64,000 nt of DNA from an uncultured Atopobium sp. (GTDB taxonomy: Bacteria > Actinomycetota > Coriobacteriia > Coriobacteriales > Atopobiaceae), in assembly GCA_964430985.1 (NCBI GenBank), contig CAYSIC010000005.1, positions 19,610 through 83,609 of the forward strand. The letters run 5' to 3'. Under the pieces are notes generated by a model. The model was not told the DNA's origin. It searched no databases and saw only the letters and a list, made by a program, of their open reading frames with translations. A program made the position numbers and the translations under genes. Shown here piece by piece: positions 29,970-40,302 of this stretch (positions are counted from its first letter, which is position 1; each line of letters opens with the position of its first letter).

Positions 29970-30173
29970 ATGCAGGCGATCGGGAACTTGTTCACGTGGC
30001 TCTTCAACGACAAGGACGGCGTCATCGCCTTGGTTGTGGGAGGAATCGTCTTGTGTCTGGCCATCTCGGTCGTCATGGAGCGCAAGACCAAGCGCCGGTA
30101 CTTTAACCACGAGAAGGGCGAGGACGACTGGGACCTCTTCGGCGACGACGAAGACGAGGACGAAGAGGGGTAG
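29970..30173 (+). CDS. small membrane protein with acidic tail (67 aa, hypothetical)
   Basis: One clear TM helix (GVIALVVGGIVLCLAISVVM), then a KR-rich stretch and a DE-rich tail. Followed by the hairpin at 30215-30238. Confidence 0.4.
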   Translation: MQAIGNLFTWLFNDKDGVIALVVGGIVLCLAISVVMERKTKRRYFNHEKGEDDWDLFGDDEDEDEEG

Positions 30174-30214
30174 CCCCCATCACCGCGCCCCCTCACGCCC
30201 CACGCTCATCAAAA

Positions 30215-30238
30215 AGCCCCCGACCAAGGCCGGGGGCT
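30215..30238. terminator. bidirectional terminator (tRNA-Leu / small ORF)
   Basis: Stem agcccccg / cgggggct. The minus-strand reading is followed by T5. Confidence 0.65.
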
Positions 30239-30248
30239 CCTTCTTTGC

Positions 30249-30335
30249 TGGTGCGGGCGAAAGGACTTGAACCTTCATGAGATTGCTCTCATACGGACCT
30301 GAACCGTACGCGTCTGCCAATTCCGCCACGCCCGC
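30249..30335 (-). tRNA. tRNA-Leu(CAG)
   Basis: Acceptor GCGGGCG/CGCCCGC, anticodon stem TACGG/CCGTA with loop TTCAGGT, long variable arm, CCA encoded. 87 nt. Confidence 0.9.
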
Positions 30336-30345
30336 GTGCTGCGTA

Positions 30346-30374
30346 AGTCTAGCGCATCGGCCGCATCCTGCCAA
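30346..30374 (-). promoter_or_regulatory. candidate promoter of tRNA-Leu
   Basis: Minus strand TTGGCA - 17 nt - TAGACT, ending 10 nt before the tRNA 5' end. Confidence 0.55.
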
Positions 30375-30618
30375 GGGAGTTTTTCCGACAACCGCTTAGC
30401 CATGATCTTCGCGAACGGGGCCCGCTTTCCCAGCCGTGCCCAAACTCCTGTTTGTGGTCCAAAACAGGCCCGAAGCAGGCCGAGCCAGGCGTTTGGGCAC
30501 GGCCGACACGTGTTCGTCGACCGTGCGGCGCGCGCAGAGGGGGCCTCCCAGAGACGCGCGGGGTAGAATGATCCCACAAACACACGGCAGCACGCAGCTT
30601 AAAAGACGAGGAGAAGCC

Positions 30619-32394
30619 GTGAGTGACACGCCGACCATCGCACGTCCCGGCGCGGCCCCCAAGCCAAGCGAAACCCCTCCCGACGAGATCCTTCTGGGAA
30701 GGTACCGTGTTTTGGAGCGGCGGGGCACCGGCGGGTTTGGCACCGTATGCACCTGCTGGGACACGCGCCTGCAACGGCGCGTGGCCATCAAGCGCATGCC
30801 CCTGCTCGCCCAAAACGGCACGACAACTGCCGAGGAGGCCCTGGCAGAGGCTCGCACCGCCTGCATGCTCGCCCACCCCAACATAGCCACTGTCTTTGAC
30901 TTTGAGGCCGACGGCTCCTATGCCTATCTGGTCATGGAGTACGTTGACGGGCTCAACCTCGCCGAGCTGCTCGCGCGCGTGGAGGGGGGCCGTCTCACCT
31001 ACGAGGAATGCGCCCACGTGCTCCAGTCCGTCACGCGCGCCCTCTCGTTCGCCCATGAGAACCGCGTGCTGCACCTGGACATCAAGCCCACCAACATCAT
31101 GATCGACCGTCAGGGCGTCGTTAAGCTCGCCGACTTTGGCATGGCCGCGCTCGCCTCGGCCGCAGGCTACGGCGGGGCGCGCGGGGGCACCGTGGGCTAC
31201 ATGCCGCCCGAGCAGATCGAGGGGCTTCTTGTGGACGAGCGCGCCGACGTCTTCTCGCTCGCGGTCGTGGTGTGGCAGTCACTCACGGGCTCCGATCCCT
31301 TCCTTGCCCCAAACGCAGCCGCCTCGCGCGACAAGATCAAGAGAGGCCCCGCGCGTTCCCTCTCCAAGGACTGTCCCGAGCTCGCAGGCGAGCCCGAGCG
31401 GGCCCTGCTCAGCGCGCTGGCCCCCGTGACCTCCAAGCGCACGACCTCGGTGCGTCAGCTTGCCGGCGAGCTTCTTCCCTTCCTGGGACACGCAGAAGAC
31501 GGAGCCGCCTCGCTCTCCTCTCTCGTCAGGCAATCCGAGCAGGACGAGCCTGCCGAGAGGACCTCTTGGGAGGCACGCCACCTCCCGCTGAGCATGCGCC
31601 ATCCCTGGCTCGCGGGTGCGACCGTCCGAGCGCTCACCTCCCTTCTGGTGTTGCTGACTGCACGCCCCCTGCTCGCCGTGCTGTCGGGCGACAGCACGCA
31701 GATCATGGTCGGGGGACTTCTCGTCGTCTCCGGGGTCTCGGCGCTCTGGCCTCCTTTGGGCTCAATCCTCGTAGGGGTGCTGCTCTGCGCGGCGTTCCTC
31801 CTGACCGCCCCGACTGCGGCGTCGCTTCTCCTGGCAGCGCTCAGTGCCCTCGCGCTCAGGGGCTGGTGGGTCTTCGCGGGGCGCCGCGATCATCTAGCCT
31901 CGGCGGCAGTCCTTCTGCCATGCTGCCTAAGCTCGCCTCTGGCGGGAGCCGGCCTCGCGGGCTTTGCCCTCGACCCCGCCCCCGCCGCGCTCACCGGAGT
32001 GGTGGGCTACCTTGCGGGCAGCCTCTTTCACCTTGCGTCCGCGGCGGGGTTCGCCGCCTCGCCCACCGTGACGGCACTGCTGGCCTCCTGGGAACGGCCC
32101 TCTTTTTGGCTCATGGCCGTCGGGGCCGCCGCATGCGCGGCCATCTCCTCGGCAGTGGCTTTGCGCGGAAGCGTGGCCGCTGGCGTGGCGGGGCAGTCCC
32201 TTGGCCTAACGTGCATCATCGTTTTTGAGGTTCTCGCAGCTAGAATGGAGAATAGCGGTATATGGATGCCTCCCGATGGGGAGTCTGTGGCCCTTGCGGT
32301 AATCTTGTTCGTGTTTTTGTTCATCGCGACGGTCCTAAGAGGTCCGCTCTTTGAGGAGCGGGAAGGCGAGGATATCAATGAGCTTCCTCAGTGA
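30619..32394 (+). CDS. Ser/Thr protein kinase with polytopic C-terminal membrane domain
   Basis: GTG start 5 nt after GAGGAG. Hanks kinase motifs (GTGGFGTV, VAIK, HLDIKPTNIM, DFG, GYMPPE). About 300 aa of multiple TM helices follow. Confidence 0.85.
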   Translation: MSDTPTIARPGAAPKPSETPPDEILLGRYRVLERRGTGGFGTVCTCWDTRLQRRVAIKRMPLLAQNGTTTAEEALAEARTACMLAHPNIATVFDFEADGSYAYLVMEYVDGLNLAELLARVEGGRLTYEECAHVLQSVTRALSFAHENRVLHLDIKPTNIMIDRQGVVKLADFGMAALASAAGYGGARGGTVGYMPPEQIEGLLVDERADVFSLAVVVWQSLTGSDPFLAPNAAASRDKIKRGPARSLSKDCPELAGEPERALLSALAPVTSKRTTSVRQLAGELLPFLGHAEDGAASLSSLVRQSEQDEPAERTSWEARHLPLSMRHPWLAGATVRALTSLLVLLTARPLLAVLSGDSTQIMVGGLLVVSGVSALWPPLGSILVGVLLCAAFLLTAPTAASLLLAALSALALRGWWVFAGRRDHLASAAVLLPCCLSSPLAGAGLAGFALDPAPAALTGVVGYLAGSLFHLASAAGFAASPTVTALLASWERPSFWLMAVGAAACAAISSAVALRGSVAAGVAGQSLGLTCIIVFEVLAARMENSGIWMPPDGESVALAVILFVFLFIATVLRGPLFEEREGEDINELPQ

Positions 32395-33475
32395 TTTCGA
32401 GGGGCGTATCGGCTCCGTGTTCGGTGCTGCCCCCCAGGGCTATACCGAGCCCTTCTCCTTCAGGAAGCTTGCCAAGCGCGCGGCGCGCGAGATGGAAAAC
32501 GAGACCTACGAGATTGACGGCGTCGACACCGCGCCCGCGCTCTATACCGTGCTAGTCTCCTCGTCCGATGATGCACTCATGCGCCCCCTCTACGAGCAGA
32601 TCACCTATGAGATATCCACGCTCATGACCGCAAAGGCGCAGAAGAAGAACTATGCCTTCGTGGGCAGTCCCCTCGTGCGCTTCATGGTTGACCCCTCCCT
32701 CAAGTCGGGAAAGTTTGCCGTCTTCGCCGAGAACGTCGACTCGCGCACGCTTACGCGCCTGCGCGAGGAGGAGCGCGCCTTCTTGGGCGGTAGCTCGGGC
32801 GTCGGAGGCGCCGCGGCGCAGATTCAGCGTCGAGGTCCCCAGCCTCACGCATCGCGCGCCGCACGTCACGAGCATGCCTCGCTCTCGACGCCGCTCGTGA
32901 CGCCAGCCTCCGTGCCCTTCTCGGACACTGACGCCGGGCTCGAGGTCACTCCGGAAGACTTTGACGAGCCCCTTCCCGTCGCCTCCGCCTCCGCGTCTAC
33001 CCCCATGCCCGTCGCCGCAGCAAGTGCGCCCGTCGTTGCCGGGGGCGCTCGGCCCACGTCCGCACCCGCTCCCCAGACGAAGCGCCGCAACGTGCCCCTC
33101 GTGGACCCGCGCCACGCCGCGCGAGCCGGTGCCGAGTATGACGCCGCCAACATGAGCTCCCGCGCGGGCGCGCCGGCACCCCAGGCCACCTGCCTTCTCA
33201 TCGATCGACAGACTGGGCGCACCTTCACGGGCACGGCCCCGTCTACCATCATCGGGCGCGAGCGCTCGCAGGCGCAGATCGTCCTGCGCGATCCCAACGT
33301 CTCGCGACGCCACGCCGAGCTCTGCTTTGACGGCCGCAACTGGAGCGTCACCGACCTCAACTCGACCAATGGGACGCTGGTCAACGATGTCGATGTGAAA
33401 GACTGCGTCCTGCGCGACGGCGATCTGATCACCGTGGGCCTCGTGAACCTCGAGTTCAGGGGGGACCTGCAGTGA
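32378..33475 (+). CDS. fhaA: FhaA-like protein (DUF3662 N-domain + C-terminal FHA domain)
   Basis: N-terminus MSFLSDFEGRIGSVFG, a long Ala/Pro linker, and a C-terminal FHA domain (IGRERSQAQIVLRDPNVSRRHAEL...STNGTLVN). Confidence 0.85.
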   Translation: MSFLSDFEGRIGSVFGAAPQGYTEPFSFRKLAKRAAREMENETYEIDGVDTAPALYTVLVSSSDDALMRPLYEQITYEISTLMTAKAQKKNYAFVGSPLVRFMVDPSLKSGKFAVFAENVDSRTLTRLREEERAFLGGSSGVGGAAAQIQRRGPQPHASRAARHEHASLSTPLVTPASVPFSDTDAGLEVTPEDFDEPLPVASASASTPMPVAAASAPVVAGGARPTSAPAPQTKRRNVPLVDPRHAARAGAEYDAANMSSRAGAPAPQATCLLIDRQTGRTFTGTAPSTIIGRERSQAQIVLRDPNVSRRHAELCFDGRNWSVTDLNSTNGTLVNDVDVKDCVLRDGDLITVGLVNLEFRGDLQ

Positions 33476-33885
33476 TCGACCTCACCCTCTTCCTGGGACG
33501 CGTCCTACTCGTCGTCGTCCTCTACGTCTTCCTGTTCGCGGTCATGCGCACGGGCGTGGGCCTTGTGCGCGGCCAGCGTCGCGACACGGCCATCTGGTCG
33601 GTTGACGTCGAGAAGGGCACGCGCTCCCTGCGCGGCCTGCACGTGGACATCCTGGGTCCGGTCGTCGTCGGACGCTCGTCATCGTCAGATATCGTGGTCG
33701 ACGAGCCCTACGTCTCTGCCTCACACGCACGCTTCACGCTGCAAGGCCCCGCACTTGTCCTCGAGGACCTGGGGTCCACCAATGGGACGCTCGTCAACGG
33801 CCATCCCATCGAGCAGGCCGTCACGCTGAGGGAGACCGACGAGGTCCAGGTCGGTGACACCATCATGCGCGTGAGTCGCGGATGA
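33472..33885 (+). CDS. fhaB: FhaB/FipA-like TM + FHA domain protein
   Basis: N-terminal TM helix, then an FHA domain (VGRSSSSDIVVDEPYVSASHARF...STNGTLVNG). ATGA-type overlap with fhaA. Confidence 0.8.
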   Translation: MIDLTLFLGRVLLVVVLYVFLFAVMRTGVGLVRGQRRDTAIWSVDVEKGTRSLRGLHVDILGPVVVGRSSSSDIVVDEPYVSASHARFTLQGPALVLEDLGSTNGTLVNGHPIEQAVTLRETDEVQVGDTIMRVSRG

Positions 33886-35147
33886 GCCCAACTCAGACAC
33901 AGACGCTTCGCTCGACCGAGCCCGCCAACGCCCCCGGTCGAGCCGAGATGACCGTTGAAGGCCGTCTGGGCGCAGACGCTATATCGGGCTCCAACGAGTT
34001 CCTCTCGTGGGGAACCCGCAGTGACGTGGGCCTCGTACGAAGTCACAATGAGGACTCGTTTCTTCTCCGCACCCCCCTCTTCGTGGTTTGCGACGGCATG
34101 GGCGGCCACGCAGCAGGCGAGGTCGCGAGCTCCATCGCCGTCGAGACCATCGGCGAACAGGCGCCGGGAACCGCAGACGACGTCCTTCTGGGCGCGGCCG
34201 TCGAGGCGGCCAACCTGGCCGTCATCAAGGGGGCCGAGGATGGCCTGGGCAAGCCCGGCATGGGCTGCACCGCGACCGCCGTGCTCATCAGCAAGAACAA
34301 GATGGCCGTAGCCCACGTAGGAGACTCACGCGCCTACGTTCTCCACGACGGAACCCTCGTGCGCATCACGCATGACCACTCCTACGTCGAGGAGCTCGTG
34401 GACTCCGGCCAGATCACGGCCGACGAGGCGCGGACGCACCCCTCGCGCTCCATCATCACCCGTGCACTGGGCTCTGATCCCGACATGTATGCCGATCACT
34501 TCTCGCTCGAGGTCAACGACGGGGACCGTGTGATTCTGTGCTCCGACGGCCTCTCGGGCATGATTCCCGACAGCGACATCGAAGCCGTGGCCGTCTCGAG
34601 CGCCACGCCGCAGCAGGCGGCGGACAATCTCGTGGGGGCCGCCCTCACGGCCGGCGGATCCGACAACGTGACCGCTCTGGTGGTCGACATTCTCAACGAC
34701 GGCGTGGCGGACGCCACGCGCTCGCAGCTCACAAAGCGCATCTTCGCCATCGTGGGAATACTCCTGGCCACGGTGGCCATCTCCCTCGTAGGCGTCCTCC
34801 TCTTTATCAGAAACGAGTGGTACCTCGGAGTGAGTGACGAAAACGTCGCCATCTACCAGGGCGTCAACGCGGACCTTCTGGGCCTTCCCCTCTACGAGCT
34901 CATGGGCACGAGCTCCGTCGCAATCTCCGATCTGCCCACCTCCGTGCAGGACCAGCTCGAGACGGGCATCCGCGTCCAAGACCAGGAAAGTGCCCAGCAG
35001 ACCCTCGACTCCTACAGCCAGCAGATCAGCGACGAGAAGAGCCGGGCGCGGGAGGTTGCCGTGGAGGCACGCTCGGGAAGCGATCCCGCAGTCGAGGAGG
35101 CCACTCCCACGGACACCACGGCCTCGGCCCAGAACGAGGGTGACTGA
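33882..35147 (+). CDS. pstP: PP2C-family Ser/Thr phosphatase with C-terminal TM anchor
   Basis: PP2C motifs ([39 protein letters not shown]). One TM helix near residue 300. Confidence 0.9.
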   Translation: MSPTQTQTLRSTEPANAPGRAEMTVEGRLGADAISGSNEFLSWGTRSDVGLVRSHNEDSFLLRTPLFVVCDGMGGHAAGEVASSIAVETIGEQAPGTADDVLLGAAVEAANLAVIKGAEDGLGKPGMGCTATAVLISKNKMAVAHVGDSRAYVLHDGTLVRITHDHSYVEELVDSGQITADEARTHPSRSIITRALGSDPDMYADHFSLEVNDGDRVILCSDGLSGMIPDSDIEAVAVSSATPQQAADNLVGAALTAGGSDNVTALVVDILNDGVADATRSQLTKRIFAIVGILLATVAISLVGVLLFIRNEWYLGVSDENVAIYQGVNADLLGLPLYELMGTSSVAISDLPTSVQDQLETGIRVQDQESAQQTLDSYSQQISDEKSRAREVAVEARSGSDPAVEEATPTDTTASAQNEGD

Positions 35148-35148
35148 C

Positions 35149-38109
35149 ATGAGGAGAAAGCTCTACGTCGGCGGGCAGACGCGCGGGGATATCGAGGTCA
35201 TGGCCTCGTCCTTCTTGCCCGCAGCGGGGCGTCAGCAGCACTCGCGACGCAACACCGAGCTCTTCCTGCTCTGCCTGGCGGCCGTACCGGTCCTGCTCCT
35301 CTACGCCCTGTACGTCCTCAGCGCCAACGCCGAGATCACGCTTTCCACGCTGGGAGTTCCCCTTGCGCTGTTCGCCGCCTTCGCTGTGGCCCACGTGGCC
35401 ATTCGGTGGCTGGCACCAGCCGCCGACCCGGCCATCCTCCCCATCGTCTTCGCGCTCTCGGGGATTGGCATCACCTTTCTCACCAGGCTTGCCCCCACCC
35501 TGGCCGTCAGCCAGGTAGTCTGGCTGTTCCTCTCGGTCGCTGTCATGGTAGCCGTGCTCTTTGTGGTCAAGAACCTCGACGGGCTCACCCAGTACAAGTA
35601 CACCCTGGGTTTCATAGGCGTCGTCTTGCTCCTGCTCCCCATGCTCGTAGGCACCGAGAAGGGCGGCTCCAAACTCTGGATCTACATCGGGGGGTTTGGC
35701 TTCCAACCCGGCGAATTCGCCAAGGTCCTCATCGTGCTCTTCCTGGCCTTCTACCTTGCCGGCAACCGAGAGGCCCTCTCGGTGTCCATGCGAAGCTTTG
35801 GTCCCCTCAAGCTGCCACGCCTTCACATGCTGATGCCCGTGTTCGTGATGTGGGGCATCAGTCTCCTGCTCGTCGTCTTTGAGAAGGACCTAGGGAGCGC
35901 CCTGCTCTTCTTCGTATTCTTCGTCATCATGCTCTATGTCTCCACGGGCCGCGTGAGCTACGTGATCGTGAGCCTGTTCCTGCTGGCCATAGGCGGAGTC
36001 GCCTGCTACTTCCTGTTCAGCCACGTCCAAACCCGCGTGAACATCTGGATTGACCCCTGGAAGGACGCCTCGGGCGGCGGCTACCAGATCGTGCAGTCCC
36101 TCTACTCGCTCGCTGACGGCGGCTTGGTGGGAACCGGCATCGGCAAGGGCTTGGCCACCATCATCCCCGTCGTCGAGAGCGACTTCATCTTCTCGGCCAT
36201 CGGCGAGGAGATGGGGCTCCTGGGCGCCTCGGGCGTGCTCATCTTGTTCCTGCTTCTGTGCGTGCGTGGCTTTGCCACGGCGGCGCGAGCCAAGTCCGAC
36301 TCGTCCGCCTTTGCGGCAGTCGGCCTCACGTGCGCCCTGTGCTTCCAGGCCTTTCTCATCGTTGGCGGCGTCACCAAGCTCCTGCCGCTCACGGGTGTCA
36401 CGCTGCCCTTCATGAGCCAGGGCGGAACCTCGCTTCTGGCGAGCTTCGTCATCGTGGGACTTCTGCTGCGCGCTGGGGACGAGGGCACCGGCCAGGAGAC
36501 CGAGATGGCGAACAACCCCGGCAGCCCCGATGCCCACCTAGGGTCAAAGATCGCGTTTCCCGGAAGGCGCGCCGCGCCGGGGACGCACGCCGCTGACGTC
36601 GTTCGAGGAAGCCACGCACGCGGACACTTTGGCCTGCAGACCCCCGAATCGGGGGTGCTCGGTCGTGTGGCGCTCGGAAAGCGCCTCACCAACCTGGTCA
36701 CAGTCTTCGCGATCCTGTTTGCTGCGCTCATAGCCAACCTGACCTACGTCCAGCAAATCGACACGAGCCGCATCCAGAACCTCCCCACGAACAATCACAC
36801 GATCGCGAAGAGCGCCTACGTGGAGCGTGGGGCCATCATCACCTCCGACGGCGTCACCTTGGCGGAGAGCGTCGAACAGGCCGATGGTACGTATCTGCGC
36901 AGCTATCCGCAGGGAACGCTCGCCCGCCACACGGTAGGCTACATCTCCACGCAGTACGGCACCACAGGCGCCGAGGCCTCCATGAACGAGACCCTCACCG
37001 GCCATGCCGATTACTCGACCTGGAAGGGCGCCCTGTACTCGTTGGCCGGCGTTGAGCAGTCGGGCTCCACCGTCGTGTTGACCCTAAACTCACAGATTCA
37101 GAGGGCGGCCGAGAAGGCCCTGGGCAGCTACACGGGTGCCATCGTGGTGCTCGACCCCAAGACCGGGGCGGTTCTAGCCAAGGCGTCCACCCCCACCTAC
37201 TCGGTCGATGACCTGGACAGCATCATCTCCTCGGGTACGGGAGGGCAGCTCCTGGACCGCTCGACCCAGGCGCTCTACTCCCCTGGCTCCACCTTCAAGG
37301 CCATCACGCTTGCCGCCGCGCTCGACACGGGAACGGCTAATCTCACGGACGTTTACGACGCCAGTCCCGCAATTCAAATAGGCGGCGCCGAGATTTCTAA
37401 CTACGATTACTACGACTACGGCACCCCCACGCTCAAGGAGGCCCTCGCGCTGTCCTCCAACACCGTGTTCGCCCAGGTGGGCACCGAGGTAGGGTCGAGC
37501 ACGCTCGTGCGCTACGCCGACGCCTTTGGTTACGGGCAAGCCCTGGGACAGGACTTCTCGTGTATGACGTCCCTCATGCCCGATCCCTCCGAGATGACTG
37601 AGTGGGAGACTGCCTGGGCGGCCTGCGGCCAGCCCGTGGGCCAGCACGAGAGTCCTGCCGGCCCACAGACCACCATCATGCAGAACGCCGTGGTCGCCCA
37701 GACGATCGCCAACGGTGGAGTCACCATGAACCCCTACGTCGTGGACCACATCCTCTCTCCTGAGGGCACCACCACCTCCACCACCGCGGCCCGCTCGCTC
37801 GGACAGGCCATCTCGGCCAGCACCGCCTCCCAGCTCAAGGAGGCCATGCTCGGAGTCGTCGACCACGGAACCGGGCGGCGGGCCCAGATCACGGGCACAC
37901 AGGTCGCCGGCAAGACCGGAACCGCCCAGGTCGAGAACGGCAACATCAACTCGTTCTTCATCGGCTTCGCGCCGTATGACAACCCGACGCTGGTCATCTC
38001 GGTCTGCGTCGAGGGACAGGGAGAGGACGTCGAGGGCTTTGCGGCCTCCTTAGCCGGACAGGTGCTCGCCGCCTCGCTCAACGTTCAGTCATCCGGCTCC
38101 GACACCTGA
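35149..38109 (+). CDS. rodA: fused SEDS glycosyltransferase (RodA/FtsW family) and class-B penicillin-binding protein (PbpA-like transpeptidase)
   Basis: Single uninterrupted frame. The N-terminal ~470 aa are a polytopic FtsW/RodA/SpoVE domain ([24 protein letters not shown]). A ~70-aa linker follows, then a new TM helix, a PBP dimerisation domain and a transpeptidase domain (SPGSTFK, SSN, KTGTA). Confidence 0.85.
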   Translation: MRRKLYVGGQTRGDIEVMASSFLPAAGRQQHSRRNTELFLLCLAAVPVLLLYALYVLSANAEITLSTLGVPLALFAAFAVAHVAIRWLAPAADPAILPIVFALSGIGITFLTRLAPTLAVSQVVWLFLSVAVMVAVLFVVKNLDGLTQYKYTLGFIGVVLLLLPMLVGTEKGGSKLWIYIGGFGFQPGEFAKVLIVLFLAFYLAGNREALSVSMRSFGPLKLPRLHMLMPVFVMWGISLLLVVFEKDLGSALLFFVFFVIMLYVSTGRVSYVIVSLFLLAIGGVACYFLFSHVQTRVNIWIDPWKDASGGGYQIVQSLYSLADGGLVGTGIGKGLATIIPVVESDFIFSAIGEEMGLLGASGVLILFLLLCVRGFATAARAKSDSSAFAAVGLTCALCFQAFLIVGGVTKLLPLTGVTLPFMSQGGTSLLASFVIVGLLLRAGDEGTGQETEMANNPGSPDAHLGSKIAFPGRRAAPGTHAADVVRGSHARGHFGLQTPESGVLGRVALGKRLTNLVTVFAILFAALIANLTYVQQIDTSRIQNLPTNNHTIAKSAYVERGAIITSDGVTLAESVEQADGTYLRSYPQGTLARHTVGYISTQYGTTGAEASMNETLTGHADYSTWKGALYSLAGVEQSGSTVVLTLNSQIQRAAEKALGSYTGAIVVLDPKTGAVLAKASTPTYSVDDLDSIISSGTGGQLLDRSTQALYSPGSTFKAITLAAALDTGTANLTDVYDASPAIQIGGAEISNYDYYDYGTPTLKEALALSSNTVFAQVGTEVGSSTLVRYADAFGYGQALGQDFSCMTSLMPDPSEMTEWETAWAACGQPVGQHESPAGPQTTIMQNAVVAQTIANGGVTMNPYVVDHILSPEGTTTSTTAARSLGQAISASTASQLKEAMLGVVDHGTGRRAQITGTQVAGKTGTAQVENGNINSFFIGFAPYDNPTLVISVCVEGQGEDVEGFAASLAGQVLAASLNVQSSGSDT

Positions 38110-38231
38110 TGGAGAAAGACGACCAAGACAAAACGAAGTAGAAACGTAGTAAAAACATGGCAGGACATCGCGGCGATGATGCCTCAGCAAAAGGGGCGTG
38201 GCAAACTGCGAGTGTGATAAGGAGAGATCGT

Positions 38232-40238
38232 ATGCCAGGGATGGTTCTCGGCGGGCGCTACCAGGTCCAGGACAAGATCGGCACGGGAGGCATGGCCACG
38301 GTCTTCCGTGGCCATGACGAGGTGCTCGGGCGCACCGTCGCCATCAAGACGATGCTGCCTCAGTACGCGACCGACCCCTCTTTCGCTGCGCGCTTCAAGC
38401 AGGAGGCACAGGCTGCGGCTGCGCTGCAGAGCCCCTACATCGTCTCGGTCTATGACTGGGGCAAGGATGCAGACACTTACTACATAGTCATGGAGTATCT
38501 GCGAGGAACCGACCTCAAGAGCGGCATCCGCAAACACGGGGCCCTTGACTGCAAAAAGGTTGCCCAGATTGGCTCTCAGATCGCGCAGGCCCTCTCCGTC
38601 GCCCATAAGCACGACATCATCCACCGCGACATCAAGCCGCAGAACATCATGGTGCAGCCCGACGGCAACATCAAGGTGATGGACTTTGGCATCGCACGCG
38701 CCAAGAACAGCCATCTCACCACCGACAACTCCGTTCTAGGCACCGCTCACTACGTCTCTCCCGAGCAGACCCAGGGCAAGGAGCTCGGACCCACGACCGA
38801 CCTCTACTCGCTGGGCATCGTGATGTACGAGGCCTCGACCGGCCAGGTCCCCTTCCAGGGTGATGACGCCATAACCGTGGCACTCAAGCAGGTCAACGAA
38901 CGGCCAAAGCCTCCCAGCCAGCTCAATCCCGCCGTTGACCCCTCCCTCGAGTCGATTATCCTCAAGTGCATGCAGAAGGACCCTGCCGCGCGCTTCCAGA
39001 CGGCCGATGAGCTTTACCGAACCCTGCGCGACTATCTCGCGGGTCGGATGCAGTCCGTCAACAGCGCGACGGCGATGCTCCCCGCGGCAGCCACGACCGC
39101 GCTCGATCGCACCGGAGCCACCGGGGCCACGAGCACCCTTCCCGCAGTGGAGCGCACGGGCAGATTCCGCCCACAGAGCGCCACCGAGCAGGCCGCGGAG
39201 CAGGAGGCCGAGAAGGCACGCAAGAAGAAACGCAACATCGCCCTAGGCGTCGTGGGGGCCCTTGCGCTCATAGCCGTCATCATCTTTGCTGTCGTCTCGA
39301 CGTTGGGCTCCTCCACGACGGCCAAAGCCGTCCCCAACCTCCTGGGCTATACCCAAGACGAAGCCGTCAAGAAGATCGAGGAGGAGGGCTTCGCGGTGGG
39401 GTCGGTCAACTCCAAGTACGACTCCTCGGTCGCGGAGGGCAAGGTCTGTGATCAGGACCCTGTCGCCAACCTCCAGATGCCCGAAGGCTCCACGGTGAAC
39501 ATCTGGATCTCGAAGGGGGCTGAGCCAGCAGAGGAGGTCGAGGTACCGGACCTCACGAACAAGTCAGCCGCCGACGCCGAGAGCGCCCTGGAGGACGTGG
39601 GGCTCGTGGGCAAGGTCGGCTCCGAGGAGGAGAACGACGATGTGGCCGCGGGCAAGGTGAGCTCGCAGGATCCAAAGGCCGGAACGACCGCCAAGGCCGG
39701 AGACACCGTCACGTTCCACCTCTCGACGGGCCCCTCGCAGGTCGTTGTGCCCAACGTGGTGGGTGACGACGAGAGCACCGCCACCTCGCGACTCACGCAG
39801 GCAGGCTTCAAGGTGAGCGCGAAGAGCGTGAGCTCAAGCACCGTGGCCAAGGGTAACGTTGTCTCCACGGACCCCGATGTCAACACGTCCGCCGACAAGG
39901 GCGCCACCGTCACTCTCTACGTCTCGAGCGGACCAGAGAGCGTAACGATCACCAATGTCGTGGGCATGAGTTACTCAGACGCAAAGAGCACGCTTGAGAA
40001 CGCAGGCTTCATCGTCAATCTTGCCAGTGGCAGCAGCGCCGAGGGCACCGTCGTGAGCCAGTCCGCCACTGGCAAGGCGGCTAAGGGCACCACGATCACC
40101 CTTACCACGAAGGCTGCCCCCACCGGCGGAACGGGAGCCGACGGAAACTCCACCAACGGCAACGGCGCAGGCACCGGCAACGGAACGGGTACTGGCACCG
40201 GAACGGGCGACACGGGAAGCGACCCGAGCGGAAACTGA
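38232..40238 (+). CDS. pknB: PknB-type Ser/Thr kinase with four extracellular PASTA domains
   Basis: Kinase motifs (GTGGMATVF, VAIK, HRDIKPQNIM, DFGIA, SPEQ), a TM helix, and four repeats of the PASTA pattern (VP(N/D)(L/V)...). Gly/Thr/Asn-rich tail. SD AAGGAGAG. Confidence 0.9.
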   Translation: MPGMVLGGRYQVQDKIGTGGMATVFRGHDEVLGRTVAIKTMLPQYATDPSFAARFKQEAQAAAALQSPYIVSVYDWGKDADTYYIVMEYLRGTDLKSGIRKHGALDCKKVAQIGSQIAQALSVAHKHDIIHRDIKPQNIMVQPDGNIKVMDFGIARAKNSHLTTDNSVLGTAHYVSPEQTQGKELGPTTDLYSLGIVMYEASTGQVPFQGDDAITVALKQVNERPKPPSQLNPAVDPSLESIILKCMQKDPAARFQTADELYRTLRDYLAGRMQSVNSATAMLPAAATTALDRTGATGATSTLPAVERTGRFRPQSATEQAAEQEAEKARKKKRNIALGVVGALALIAVIIFAVVSTLGSSTTAKAVPNLLGYTQDEAVKKIEEEGFAVGSVNSKYDSSVAEGKVCDQDPVANLQMPEGSTVNIWISKGAEPAEEVEVPDLTNKSAADAESALEDVGLVGKVGSEEENDDVAAGKVSSQDPKAGTTAKAGDTVTFHLSTGPSQVVVPNVVGDDESTATSRLTQAGFKVSAKSVSSSTVAKGNVVSTDPDVNTSADKGATVTLYVSSGPESVTITNVVGMSYSDAKSTLENAGFIVNLASGSSAEGTVVSQSATGKAAKGTTITLTTKAAPTGGTGADGNSTNGNGAGTGNGTGTGTGTGDTGSDPSGN

Positions 40239-40259
40239 GGGTGTGTCCCAGCGGATAAG

Positions 40260-40299
40260 AAAACAGGTCAGAAGCCATATGGCCTCTGACCTGTGTTTT
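40260..40299. terminator. bidirectional terminator (pknB / tRNA-Arg)
   Basis: 13-bp stem acaggtcagaagcc / ggcctctgacctgt with one mismatch and loop atat. T-runs on both strands. Confidence 0.65.
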
Positions 40300-40302
40300 A
40301 TC

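Noticed and set aside
34834-35148. N-terminal extension of the RodA-PBP ORF back to 34834.
   Set aside because: This part overlaps the 3' end of pstP out of frame and is Arg/Pro/Ser-rich. The ATG at 35149 lies 1 nt after the pstP stop and precedes the first TM helices.
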